From a virus (taxonomy: Duplodnaviria; Caudoviricetes): 45,281 nt of DNA. A program made the translations under genes and the position numbers. Below, piece by piece: positions 1-8,233 of this stretch (positions within the stretch are counted from its first letter, which is position 1; every line of letters begins with the position of its first letter). The DNA is taken from positions 1 to 45,281 of the IMG/VR virus record IMGVR_UViG_3300044676_005977, one strand, 5' to 3'. Below the pieces are notes generated by a model. That model was not told where the DNA came from. It searched no databases and was given only the letters and a program-made list of their open reading frames with translations.

Positions 1-271
1 AGGTTTCAGCCACTTATGAAGCTCCAACTAGAACAGCAACATCTGGACTGACACTCCCTTCAGTTTTGTTGTCAGCCTCAGCTACAGAAGTAAATCCAGT
101 TTATGATGCGACTGCTGCATTGACTCTTGGTTCTCTTTCTTGTGAGGTTTCAGCCACTTATGAAGCTCCAACTAGAACAGCAACATCTGGACTGACACTC
201 CCTTCAGTTTTGTTGTCAGCCTCAGCTACAGAAGTAAATCCAGTTTATGATGCGACTGCTGCATTGACTCT
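1..271 (+). repeat. Exact 127-bp direct repeat (1-127 and 145-271; period 144 bp = 48 aa) inside the repeat protein
   Basis: AGGTTTCAGCCACTTATGAAG...GCATTGACTCT occurs at 1 and 145. Confidence 0.9.
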
Positions 272-1112
272 CGGTGCAGCATTATTGGCAGCTTCAGCTA
301 CTGAAACAGATCCTGTCTACTCAGCAACATCAGAATTGACTCTCCCTGCTTTATCGTTATCAGCAAGTGCAACAGAAACCCACCCCGTCTATTCTGCCAC
401 TTCTTCACTTACGCTCGGAGCACCCTCCCTCAGTGCGTCTGCATCCTTTGAAATTCCAACCTTCACAGCGACTTCGACCTTAACCCTCGGGTCCCTTTTA
501 TTCTCCGCGAGTGGGACATTTGTAGCGGAAACATTTACAGCAACTTCTGTTCTTGTTCTTCCCGTGTCCCTGTCCTCTGCAAGTGGCACATTCTCTCCTC
601 CCATATTCGCATCTTCCTCATCTCTGAATCTTGCTGTTGTCTTGTTCTCGTCCGAGGCCCCGTCTTCCGAATTAGGGACTGCAATCGGATCAGGAGCCCT
701 GACTCTCCCAAGTCTTCTGTTCGTCTCTGTGGGGTCTGTGGACTCCTTTGTTCCGGGAACAGGAGGGATCGTCAACCGGATGAGGCAGCAAGTCTGTGTC
801 TGGTGGAAGATGACGGGAACTGATGAGTTCGGAGCACCCGTGTTCGAGGCCCCCGTCGAGATCACATGCAGATGGGAGTGGAAGCGAATGAAAGTTGTGA
901 TGCCTCGATATGAGACTTTCACATCCAAAGCAAAGGTCTACGTCGAGCGACCCATCGAGGTCGGGGATTACCTGTACCTCGGGTCTCTCTCCGAGATTGC
1001 CGGAGAAACCGATCCGAGGGTTATCAAAGATGCTGTCCGAGTCAAGAAATATGGTGAGATTTCAAATCTCCGAGGACAGGCAGACAGGGTGTTGAGGTAC
1101 GCCAATGCCTAA
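1..1112 (+). CDS. 5'-truncated virion protein: long ~24-aa Ser/Thr/Ala/Leu repeat region fused to a C-terminal head-closure/head-tail joining domain
   Basis: The frame of ORF 66..1112 is open to the window edge. Repeats of the type ATSxLTLPxLxxSASATExxPVY. The C-terminal ~115 aa (RQQVCVWWK..TDEFGAPVFEAPVEITCRWE..SKAKVYV..VGDYLYLG) resembles phage head-closure proteins and precedes the gp10-like gene. Confidence 0.6.
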   Translation, partial: VSATYEAPTRTATSGLTLPSVLLSASATEVNPVYDATAALTLGSLSCEVSATYEAPTRTATSGLTLPSVLLSASATEVNPVYDATAALTLGAALLAASATETDPVYSATSELTLPALSLSASATETHPVYSATSSLTLGAPSLSASASFEIPTFTATSTLTLGSLLFSASGTFVAETFTATSVLVLPVSLSSASGTFSPPIFASSSSLNLAVVLFSSEAPSSELGTAIGSGALTLPSLLFVSVGSVDSFVPGTGGIVNRMRQQVCVWWKMTGTDEFGAPVFEAPVEITCRWEWKRMKVVMPRYETFTSKAKVYVERPIEVGDYLYLGSLSEIAGETDPRVIKDAVRVKKYGEISNLRGQADRVLRYANA

Positions 1113-1482
1113 AAAGGGAAAAAAAGTAAGAATCATAGGTAAAGAGAAAATCTCTGTGTTTTTCCAGAGCAGTTCCAAACGTCAGAGACTCCAACTCAGA
1201 GCTAACTTACTCCGAGCGTCAGCTCTGCTTTATCGGAAAACTCAAGAGATCGTCCCGGTGGACACAACAGCTCTGAAGAGATCAGGCCGTATCCTGCCAT
1301 TGAGGAGCACAAAAAACACGATCAGTTCAGGGGTAGGATACGGATCTACTGTGGACTACGCGATTTACGTCCATGAGATCGCTGAATATTACCATAAACC
1401 GCCCACTTCTTGGAAGTATCTGGAACGACCTTTCCGGGAAAATCAATCTCAAATCAGAAGAATAGTCCGAGGAGATCAGTGA
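1105..1482 (+). CDS. HK97 gp10-like neck/tail-completion protein
   Basis: Motifs VPVDTTALKRSG, DYAIYVHE and WKYLERP; position between head closure and tail terminator. Confidence 0.75.
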   Translation: MPKKGKKVRIIGKEKISVFFQSSSKRQRLQLRANLLRASALLYRKTQEIVPVDTTALKRSGRILPLRSTKNTISSGVGYGSTVDYAIYVHEIAEYYHKPPTSWKYLERPFRENQSQIRRIVRGDQ

Positions 1483-1483
1483 T

Positions 1484-1933
1484 ATGACACAGCCAACCCA
1501 TTCCCCCGCTCAGGTCATTTACCAACTTCTTCTGGACGCAAGTGTAGTAGTAAGCAATAATAGCACAGACTGGATGGGGTTTGTTGGGATCATCCCCGAC
1601 GATGACACCACCCCCGACCGGGCTGTGGGCGTGATGCCTACTCCCGGCAAACGGCAGGGACGAATACTGTCTGGTACGAAAGAGGTGATAGAAAGTCACG
1701 GAGTCCAAGTGCGGGTACGTTCCTTGGATTTTCCCGGTGGACACACTAAATCGAAAGCCATCGCGGACAAGCTGGACGCAACCAACAGAGACGTTCCTGT
1801 CACTATTGGCGGGAGCGTCTACAAGATTACATCAATTGTGAGGGGTTCAGTGATGCACGTTGGCATGGACCCTGATAACCGTCAAAGGCACAATTTTACA
1901 ATCAACATGCAAGTTAAATTAGAAGAGGATTGA
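1484..1933 (+). CDS. Tail terminator / 'minor capsid' family protein
   Basis: 149 aa with PDRAVGV, GVQVRVRS and DNRQRHNFTIN motifs; directly upstream of the tail tube gene. Confidence 0.65.
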   Translation: MTQPTHSPAQVIYQLLLDASVVVSNNSTDWMGFVGIIPDDDTTPDRAVGVMPTPGKRQGRILSGTKEVIESHGVQVRVRSLDFPGGHTKSKAIADKLDATNRDVPVTIGGSVYKITSIVRGSVMHVGMDPDNRQRHNFTINMQVKLEED

Positions 1934-1937
1934 AACC

Positions 1938-2372
1938 ATGAATCGCGTAGACGATGGTTTTTCGACAACAATTACATTCGCGGACAATCCAACCGTGAAA
2001 TTTTACGAAAAAGGTGTGACTCCTCCTTCTATTGAAGGTGGGGGTGCTAACGACACCACAACGATGTTGAACACCACTTGGCGTACTCGTGCTCCCAAAA
2101 AGCTCAAGACGCTGGGCGAGATGTCAATGACTGCTGCTTACGACCCTGAAGTCTATGACGACATCGTGGGTATGATCAACAATAACCAGTTGGTCACAGT
2201 CAACTTCCCGGATGGTGAAACTTTGGCTTTCTACGGCTGGGTCGACAACTTCGCTCCCGGAGAAATCGTCGAAGGTGAACAGCCTGAAGCGGAAGTCACA
2301 ATTATCTGTTCAAACCAGAATGACTCGGGGGTCGAGACTCCTCCAACATTCAGTCCGACTACTACGACTTGA
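1938..2372 (+). CDS. Major tail tube protein
   Basis: 144 aa acidic beta-rich protein (DTTTM, LKTLGEMSMTAAYDP, FPDGETLAFYGWV); synteny before chaperone and tape measure. Confidence 0.75.
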   Translation: MNRVDDGFSTTITFADNPTVKFYEKGVTPPSIEGGGANDTTTMLNTTWRTRAPKKLKTLGEMSMTAAYDPEVYDDIVGMINNNQLVTVNFPDGETLAFYGWVDNFAPGEIVEGEQPEAEVTIICSNQNDSGVETPPTFSPTTTT

Positions 2373-2400
2373 TCTTGGTTTCGGAAACATCATGAGATTC

Positions 2401-2432
2401 GCAGAGGGGCCTCGTGTCCCTCTGCTTTTATT
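2401..2432 (+). terminator. Intrinsic terminator after the tail tube gene
   Basis: GCAGAGGG...CCCTCTGC stem followed by TTTTATT. Confidence 0.6.
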
Positions 2433-2461
2433 AACCCTAAGCGAGAAGAAAGAGAGTACAC

Positions 2462-2881
2462 ATGTCGCAAGAAGAATTGGTCTTTAAGACATCATTGGAA
2501 AAACGTCCTGTTCGATTTGAAAACGAGGACGGGTCCACAACCCGAGCATCTCTGATCCAATTGTCAGGCAAGAAACGTGACCATTACATCCAGACGCTCC
2601 GTGACCGACACACGCGAGCAACCAAGGGAACGAAAGACGGAGCACGTGAAGTGACCAAGATTGAAGGTCTTCTGGCCTTGCTGGTCTCTGAATGCCTGTG
2701 GCACGTCGATTCGGACGGAAGAATCACAGAACCTTACTCGGTGGATGAGATTCAAGCATTCCCCTCCTCCGCTGTGGAAGCCTTGCAAGACGCCTGTAAG
2801 AAGATGAACGGACTGGAAGACGATGCGGTGGAGGAAGCAAAGGGAAACTCACAGGAGAACGACTCCTCTGGTTCAGAGTAG
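2462..2881 (+). CDS. Tail assembly chaperone (gpG-like)
   Basis: Between tail tube and tape measure; ends AVEEAKGNS with a slippery site. Confidence 0.75.
   Translation: MSQEELVFKTSLEKRPVRFENEDGSTTRASLIQLSGKKRDHYIQTLRDRHTRATKGTKDGAREVTKIEGLLALLVSECLWHVDSDGRITEPYSVDEIQAFPSSAVEALQDACKKMNGLEDDAVEEAKGNSQENDSSGSE
2842..2848 (+). other. Programmed -1 ribosomal frameshift heptamer G GGA AAC
   Basis: X XXY YYZ phasing in the gpG frame; the -1 frame is open (GKLTGERLLWFRVASELGMSV...) into ORF 2890..3204. Confidence 0.8.
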
Positions 2882-3204
2882 CATCTGAGTTGGGGATGTC
2901 CGTTCTCCGAGCACAGCACGAATTATCATCTTCGGAGTTCATCGATTGGGTAGCTTATCTGGAAATCAAGAAGGACGAACACGACAAGTTCGATTACTAC
3001 TTGTCACAGATAGCTGCCCAATTCCCCAGATACCTGGGGGACCCGAAGAAAAGCGGAAAAGTGCAGGATAAAGATTACTTGGTCCGATTTGAGAAAGGGG
3101 AAAGTAAGAGACACAAATACCCCGATCATTTATCAAAAGATCAAAAGATTAGCAGGTCGAAATCAGCTTGGTGTGGTTTTGCTGGGATAAGTCGTAATGG
3201 CTGA
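2842..3204 (+). CDS. gpT-like frameshift extension of the tail assembly chaperone (gpGT)
   Basis: LWFRVASELGMSV..ELSSSEFIDWVAY is typical of gpT-like segments; overlaps the tape measure start. Confidence 0.7.
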   Translation, partial: GKLTGERLLWFRVASELGMSVLRAQHELSSSEFIDWVAYLEIKKDEHDKFDYYLSQIAAQFPRYLGDPKKSGKVQDKDYLVRFEKGESKRHKYPDHLSKDQKISRSKSAWCGFAGISRNG

Positions 3205-6200
3205 AGAAGTAAACATTCAGGAACTCGTCGTTCGCTTGACTGCGGATATGAAGCAGTATAATGCTGAATTGAAGCGGACCCAGCAGGCCACCATTGAGCA
3301 CACAGCCGTTATCGAACAGATGCTCGATAAAGCGGTCGGGAAGGTTGAAAGGTCTGTAGCGAACCTGAACACTCAGATGAGGGTCGCACAGAAGGAAGTC
3401 AAACAGGTCGCCAATGCAAGTGCGACTTACGATGCTGAATTGACAAGGATCAATCGTCAGCTTCAACGCAATATCATTACCCAAGCTGAAGCGGACGCTC
3501 AGTCCAAAAAAGCAACGCAGTCTTGGATGGGCAACAGCAAGAGAGCACAACGGCTCGCTCTCCAAGCTAATAAAGTTATCGAGGGGACCCGCTCGAAGTC
3601 GATGCAGTGGGCCAGAGCACAGGCAGACCTAAACGCTATGCTGAGGAAGGGTCTGATCAGTGCGAAGACTTACGCGAAAGCGTTTGATCAGCTCAAGCAG
3701 GAATTTGATGAGAGTGCGATTGCTGCCAAAAGATTCGCTGAGGAGGGCAAGAGGTTACAGCACAAATGGCAAACACCTCTGAATGCACTCCAAGCTGAAT
3801 TGAAGCAGGTCAAAGCCCAGTTCCTTGCTGGGAACATGGGGCCTATTGAGTACGGTCACGCTCTGTCTACTCTGAATGGACAGATCAGAAAGATCATGAA
3901 CTCATACGATGGGATGGAGTCGGATCTGAGTCGCACATCCTATTTGCTGGAAGACGTTCAAAACGAAACCCAGCAATACACTGAGAAACTCAGAGCACTC
4001 AAACGACTCGTGGATTCAAACACGATCAGTCAAGAACAGTACAATAGGTCATTGTCGAGATTGAGAAAGGAAGCACCCACGGTAACAGGCAAGATCATGA
4101 AGATGGCAGCGTCTGTTACGTCTTTCGGTGGGGCCATAAAGCGACAAGGCCGGGAACTTATATGGTTCGTATCGGTTCCCCTCCTGATGCTGGGAGCTGC
4201 GGTCACACGCACGTTCCTCCAGTTCGATGAGGCAATGTCCAAATCGACAGCGATCATGCTGGATGTCGGACCCAAGATGCAGAAGGAGATGGCGGCTCTG
4301 GCTCTTGCTGTTTCAGGGGATACTTTGATTGCACCAGCCGAGGTAGCTGAGTCTTACTTCTTCTTGGGCTCGGCAGGATTCACTGCCCGTGAGTCAATGG
4401 AGCATTTGGGATTCACTGCGAAGTTTGCGACTGCTGCTAATTTCGAGATGGGTGAAGCTGTCAGTCTTTTGACTGACGCAATGGCCGCTCTTGGAATGAA
4501 AACAGGAACGGCAGCGGAACAGCTTGAAAACATGACGAGAGTCGCTGACGTGTTAGTGAAAGCCAATACACTAGCCGACGCATCCACTCGCCAATTCGCA
4601 AAAGCCTTAACATCCAAAGCAGCGGCAGCTCTACGTTTGGCTAACAAATCAATTGAAGAAGGTGTCGCAGTCCTCGCAGCATTCGCTGAACAGGGAATCA
4701 AGGGGGAACTCGCAGGCGAGAAATTGAGCATCGTAATGAGAGATTTACAGAGAACGGCTTTGAAATTTCCAGATACATTCAAGCAGTTCAATGTCACTGT
4801 GTTTGACACAGAAGGACGCATGTTGTCAATGCAGAGTATTCTCCAACAGCTCGAAGGGCGTTTTGAAGGTCTGGAGGTTGCTCAAAAAAGATCAATGTTA
4901 ATGATGATGGGTTTCCAAGACCGATCCGTGACAGCTCTGATGACCCTCATTGGGTTCTCCGCTGAAGTGGGATACTTCCAAGAGGTTTTGGAGAATGCCA
5001 ACGGGACCGTGATGACTGTGTTCGAGCGAAGAATGCAGGCAATCAGCTCCAAGCTCACAGCGGCTTGGCACGAAGTCAAAGGATTGGCTGGGTCATTCGG
5101 AGAAGCTCTTGTCCCTGTTTTGGAAAGAGCGATAGATGCCATGAAAGCCATGGCTAAATGGTTCAACGGCCTGAGCACTAACACTCAGCAATGGATCGTC
5201 ACTCTGTTCGCAGCAGCAGTAGCTTTGGGTCCAATTGTGTACCTTGCAGGTCTTGTCATTCAAGGTCTGGGCGGGATGGTCATGGCTGTTGGATACATGA
5301 TAAAGGGCTTTCAGATTTTTACCAAAGTTGCGATGGCTGCCACTGCTTCTCAGTGGGCTTTTGTAGCATCTGCTGCTGCGTTATTAGCTTTGGGATACTA
5401 CGGAGCACAGGCTTGGCCTAGCATGAGGAAGTACAACGAGGAACTGAAGAAGTCCATAGCCTTGAACAAGAAGTTGAATGATCGAGAACAAAAGAAGCAG
5501 TCAGGTGTAATTGAAGAGATCGAGAAAATTAAAAACCCAGTTGAGAAACTGAAGAGGGTCAATGACGAATTAGACATGGCCAACAAGAATCTCAGCGGGA
5601 TCAGGGTGCAGCTTGGTTTGAACAGACAAGCTGCTGAGGAATATGCTGATAGTTTGGTCTCCGATACATTCTCCAGATTTGCTGGAAATAAAGTCCTCGA
5701 AGATTTTGAGATGGAACGTCAGAACCTCCTCAAGAGAGAGGCTTACTACCAAGAACACGCAGAGAGGTTATTGGAGATACAGGGTAAGTCAAAAGCTCAA
5801 ATTGAAAAGATTATGAAGGAGGCCGCTGAATCGGGAAAGAATCCTCATAAGGGATTAGTTGATCCTGAATTGTTTGAACAGCAGCAGGAGGGGGTCCGGG
5901 ACACTATAGATGCGCTGGAACAACAACAAAGGGAACTCACCATGACGGAGAGGGACCTCCTCAAATACAAAATGGCGGCGATTGAAGCCGGGGACGCTGC
6001 CACTGAATATGCTTTGAGTCTGTATGACGCAAACAAGGCTTTAGAGAAACAACAGGCCGCTCAGAAAGCTGCGGACGAGACCGCTGCGTCCATGCTGGAG
6101 GAACTTGCTTTCTTTGGCAAGACCGCAGCCGAGATCGCAATCCTGAAAGCGGAGATGTCTGGACTTGTCGATCAGAAAACAATTGACAAGATGAAGGAAT

Positions 6201-6778
6201 ACAACAAAGCTCTGATTGGAATGAAAGCACATAAGAAACTGATGAAAGAAGGTGCTGCGGTTACTGAGAAGTTCAAGAGTGAAGGTCAGAAAGCGTCTGA
6301 ACGAGCCCAGAAACTCGTCGAGATGTTCCACAAGGGGGCTATCTCAGGTCAGACTTTTGTGAAAGCAATGCGTGACCTTCATGAGCAGTTCCGGGAAGAC
6401 TTCGTTGCCAAGTTCAAAAGTACGGGGACAGAGGCTCTTCGAGCGGATTCCGCAGAAGGTGAACTTGCCGCGATGGATCAACTCCAGATGCAGCAAGCCA
6501 ACAAAGCCTACAGAGAGCTTTCCAACAGTCACATCATGGGTGCGGTGGCTAAGTATGAAAAAGCCCAAGGTCTCAAGCCGGGAGAAGTTAGCTCCAGATT
6601 GGGACGTCAGCAACCGAAGAAGCAAGCTCCTCCACGGAAAAGAAAGAAGAATGAGCTGCCCACTGGACCCGGAACAGGGTTCGCAAACACAGAGATGACG
6701 GAAGCATTAAAAGCAATTCGAGAGAACACAGGAAGACCTCCAATCGTTGTACAAGAAGCGGGGTTTGAAACAGTATGA
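3197..6778 (+). CDS. Tail tape measure protein (TP901-family core)
   Basis: 1193 aa, Ala-rich and helical. Core motifs AESYFFLGSAGF, ADVLVKANTLADAS and GIKGELAGEKL; hydrophobic segments; synteny. Confidence 0.92.
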   Translation: MAEEVNIQELVVRLTADMKQYNAELKRTQQATIEHTAVIEQMLDKAVGKVERSVANLNTQMRVAQKEVKQVANASATYDAELTRINRQLQRNIITQAEADAQSKKATQSWMGNSKRAQRLALQANKVIEGTRSKSMQWARAQADLNAMLRKGLISAKTYAKAFDQLKQEFDESAIAAKRFAEEGKRLQHKWQTPLNALQAELKQVKAQFLAGNMGPIEYGHALSTLNGQIRKIMNSYDGMESDLSRTSYLLEDVQNETQQYTEKLRALKRLVDSNTISQEQYNRSLSRLRKEAPTVTGKIMKMAASVTSFGGAIKRQGRELIWFVSVPLLMLGAAVTRTFLQFDEAMSKSTAIMLDVGPKMQKEMAALALAVSGDTLIAPAEVAESYFFLGSAGFTARESMEHLGFTAKFATAANFEMGEAVSLLTDAMAALGMKTGTAAEQLENMTRVADVLVKANTLADASTRQFAKALTSKAAAALRLANKSIEEGVAVLAAFAEQGIKGELAGEKLSIVMRDLQRTALKFPDTFKQFNVTVFDTEGRMLSMQSILQQLEGRFEGLEVAQKRSMLMMMGFQDRSVTALMTLIGFSAEVGYFQEVLENANGTVMTVFERRMQAISSKLTAAWHEVKGLAGSFGEALVPVLERAIDAMKAMAKWFNGLSTNTQQWIVTLFAAAVALGPIVYLAGLVIQGLGGMVMAVGYMIKGFQIFTKVAMAATASQWAFVASAAALLALGYYGAQAWPSMRKYNEELKKSIALNKKLNDREQKKQSGVIEEIEKIKNPVEKLKRVNDELDMANKNLSGIRVQLGLNRQAAEEYADSLVSDTFSRFAGNKVLEDFEMERQNLLKREAYYQEHAERLLEIQGKSKAQIEKIMKEAAESGKNPHKGLVDPELFEQQQEGVRDTIDALEQQQRELTMTERDLLKYKMAAIEAGDAATEYALSLYDANKALEKQQAAQKAADETAASMLEELAFFGKTAAEIAILKAEMSGLVDQKTIDKMKEYNKALIGMKAHKKLMKEGAAVTEKFKSEGQKASERAQKLVEMFHKGAISGQTFVKAMRDLHEQFREDFVAKFKSTGTEALRADSAEGELAAMDQLQMQQANKAYRELSNSHIMGAVAKYEKAQGLKPGEVSSRLGRQQPKKQAPPRKRKKNELPTGPGTGFANTEMTEALKAIRENTGRPPIVVQEAGFETV

Positions 6779-7674
6779 GTGCATCAGTCATAGGACGCAT
6801 GGACTGGGATTTGAGCTTGGACAAGGATGGTGAACGTACGTACATGATCAAGTGGCTCGTGGAATCTACCAGTGTCAATGACGATCCGTCCATTATCTAT
6901 AACGCATCTGGACTCCCGTCAGTGGGTAGCGGATGGGGGTACGGGAACGGTGTAGACCTCTGGGCATGGTGTCGTCCTGACTGGAAGATAACCCCCCTTC
7001 TCAGAGGAGAACCAAACACTCTTTGGACAGTAGAGCAGAACTTCGCATCTAAGATGACATCCAAACGGTGTCAGAACACGACGATTGAAAACCCTCTGAA
7101 TGAGCCAGACCGAATCGGAGGATCGTTCACCAAGTTCCAAAGGACAACACTAAGGGACAAGGACGGGAACCCTATCATGTCCTCCAGTTACGAACCAATT
7201 AAAGGGATACAGACGGACGACAACAGACCAAACGTGACCATTGAAAAAAATGTTTCGTTTCTTGGGATTGGGACTTGGTCTCCCATGATTGATACAGTAA
7301 ACTCTACTCCTATGTGGGGTCTTCCTGCTAGGACTGTGAAGTTGTCAAACGTATCATGGAGACGTTTGCTGTACGGGGTTTGTACATATTACTATGTGGT
7401 TTCCTATGAATTTGAAGTCGACTATACTACTTTTGACCATCCTTACTGGGACAGGGGCAATCGGACATTGAAAGAAGGAGGGGACCCGACGAATCCAAAA
7501 GATTTCAAACCGATTGAAGAGGAAACGACCGGGGAACTTATGTATGATGTTCTCCTTGACGGGAACGGACAGGTATGGGAAGGTGAAAGTGGTGGACCTC
7601 CCGGAATAATAACACCTGAGATTTATGATGAATCAAACTTCCTGTTGCTCGGAATCCCGGCTACACTCGCATGA
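6775..7674 (+). CDS. Putative tail-tip/distal tail protein
   Basis: ATGA-coupled to the tape measure; beta-rich and Trp/Tyr-rich. Function assigned from position only. Confidence 0.45.
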   Translation: MSASVIGRMDWDLSLDKDGERTYMIKWLVESTSVNDDPSIIYNASGLPSVGSGWGYGNGVDLWAWCRPDWKITPLLRGEPNTLWTVEQNFASKMTSKRCQNTTIENPLNEPDRIGGSFTKFQRTTLRDKDGNPIMSSSYEPIKGIQTDDNRPNVTIEKNVSFLGIGTWSPMIDTVNSTPMWGLPARTVKLSNVSWRRLLYGVCTYYYVVSYEFEVDYTTFDHPYWDRGNRTLKEGGDPTNPKDFKPIEEETTGELMYDVLLDGNGQVWEGESGGPPGIITPEIYDESNFLLLGIPATLA

Positions 7675-7690
7675 CCTAAAGGGTACTTTA

Positions 7691-8227
7691 ATGGATAATT
7701 CAGGAGAAGTGGACAGCAGCATGTCCAAAGAGGAGCTGATTCAAGCACTGGGCGTCGTCAAAATGAATCAGGACGAAATTGCGGAGATAGCCCAGAAGTC
7801 TTCCGCTGATGCCATGACTGTGAATATGCAGGTCTATCACCAACCTTATGGTCAGGACCCACAAGAATTCCCCATAGTGTACAGCAAGCCTCTAAAAACG
7901 TCCTCAGCAGAACCTGTTCGACGCAGGATGAAAATCACATCAACTGTGGTGGACGTGGACCCCGGATGGAGTAAACCGGAGGATCTTGGGTACATCATGA
8001 TCCGTCACCTGATCCCCAAGTTCGCTATGAACGTTACGGAGGAGCAACGGAAACAGGTGGAAGAGTCGATGATTGCTGTGTTTTTCAAGGGTGAGCTGCT
8101 TTCTGAGTTGCACCCCTCAGACTTTCTTTTTATTCCAGTGAAAGATGTCACTCAGTTTAAGATCAAAGTCATGAAAGGTGTTCCTTTCACTCCCCCTCTG
8201 GTGGAATACGTTCTCTTGCCGAAATAA
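7691..8227 (+). CDS. Hypothetical tail-module protein
   Basis: Likely start is ATG 7691 (MDNSGEV), after the upstream stop; no recognised motif. Confidence 0.55.
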   Translation: MDNSGEVDSSMSKEELIQALGVVKMNQDEIAEIAQKSSADAMTVNMQVYHQPYGQDPQEFPIVYSKPLKTSSAEPVRRRMKITSTVVDVDPGWSKPEDLGYIMIRHLIPKFAMNVTEEQRKQVEESMIAVFFKGELLSELHPSDFLFIPVKDVTQFKIKVMKGVPFTPPLVEYVLLPK

Positions 8228-8233
8228 AAAACA

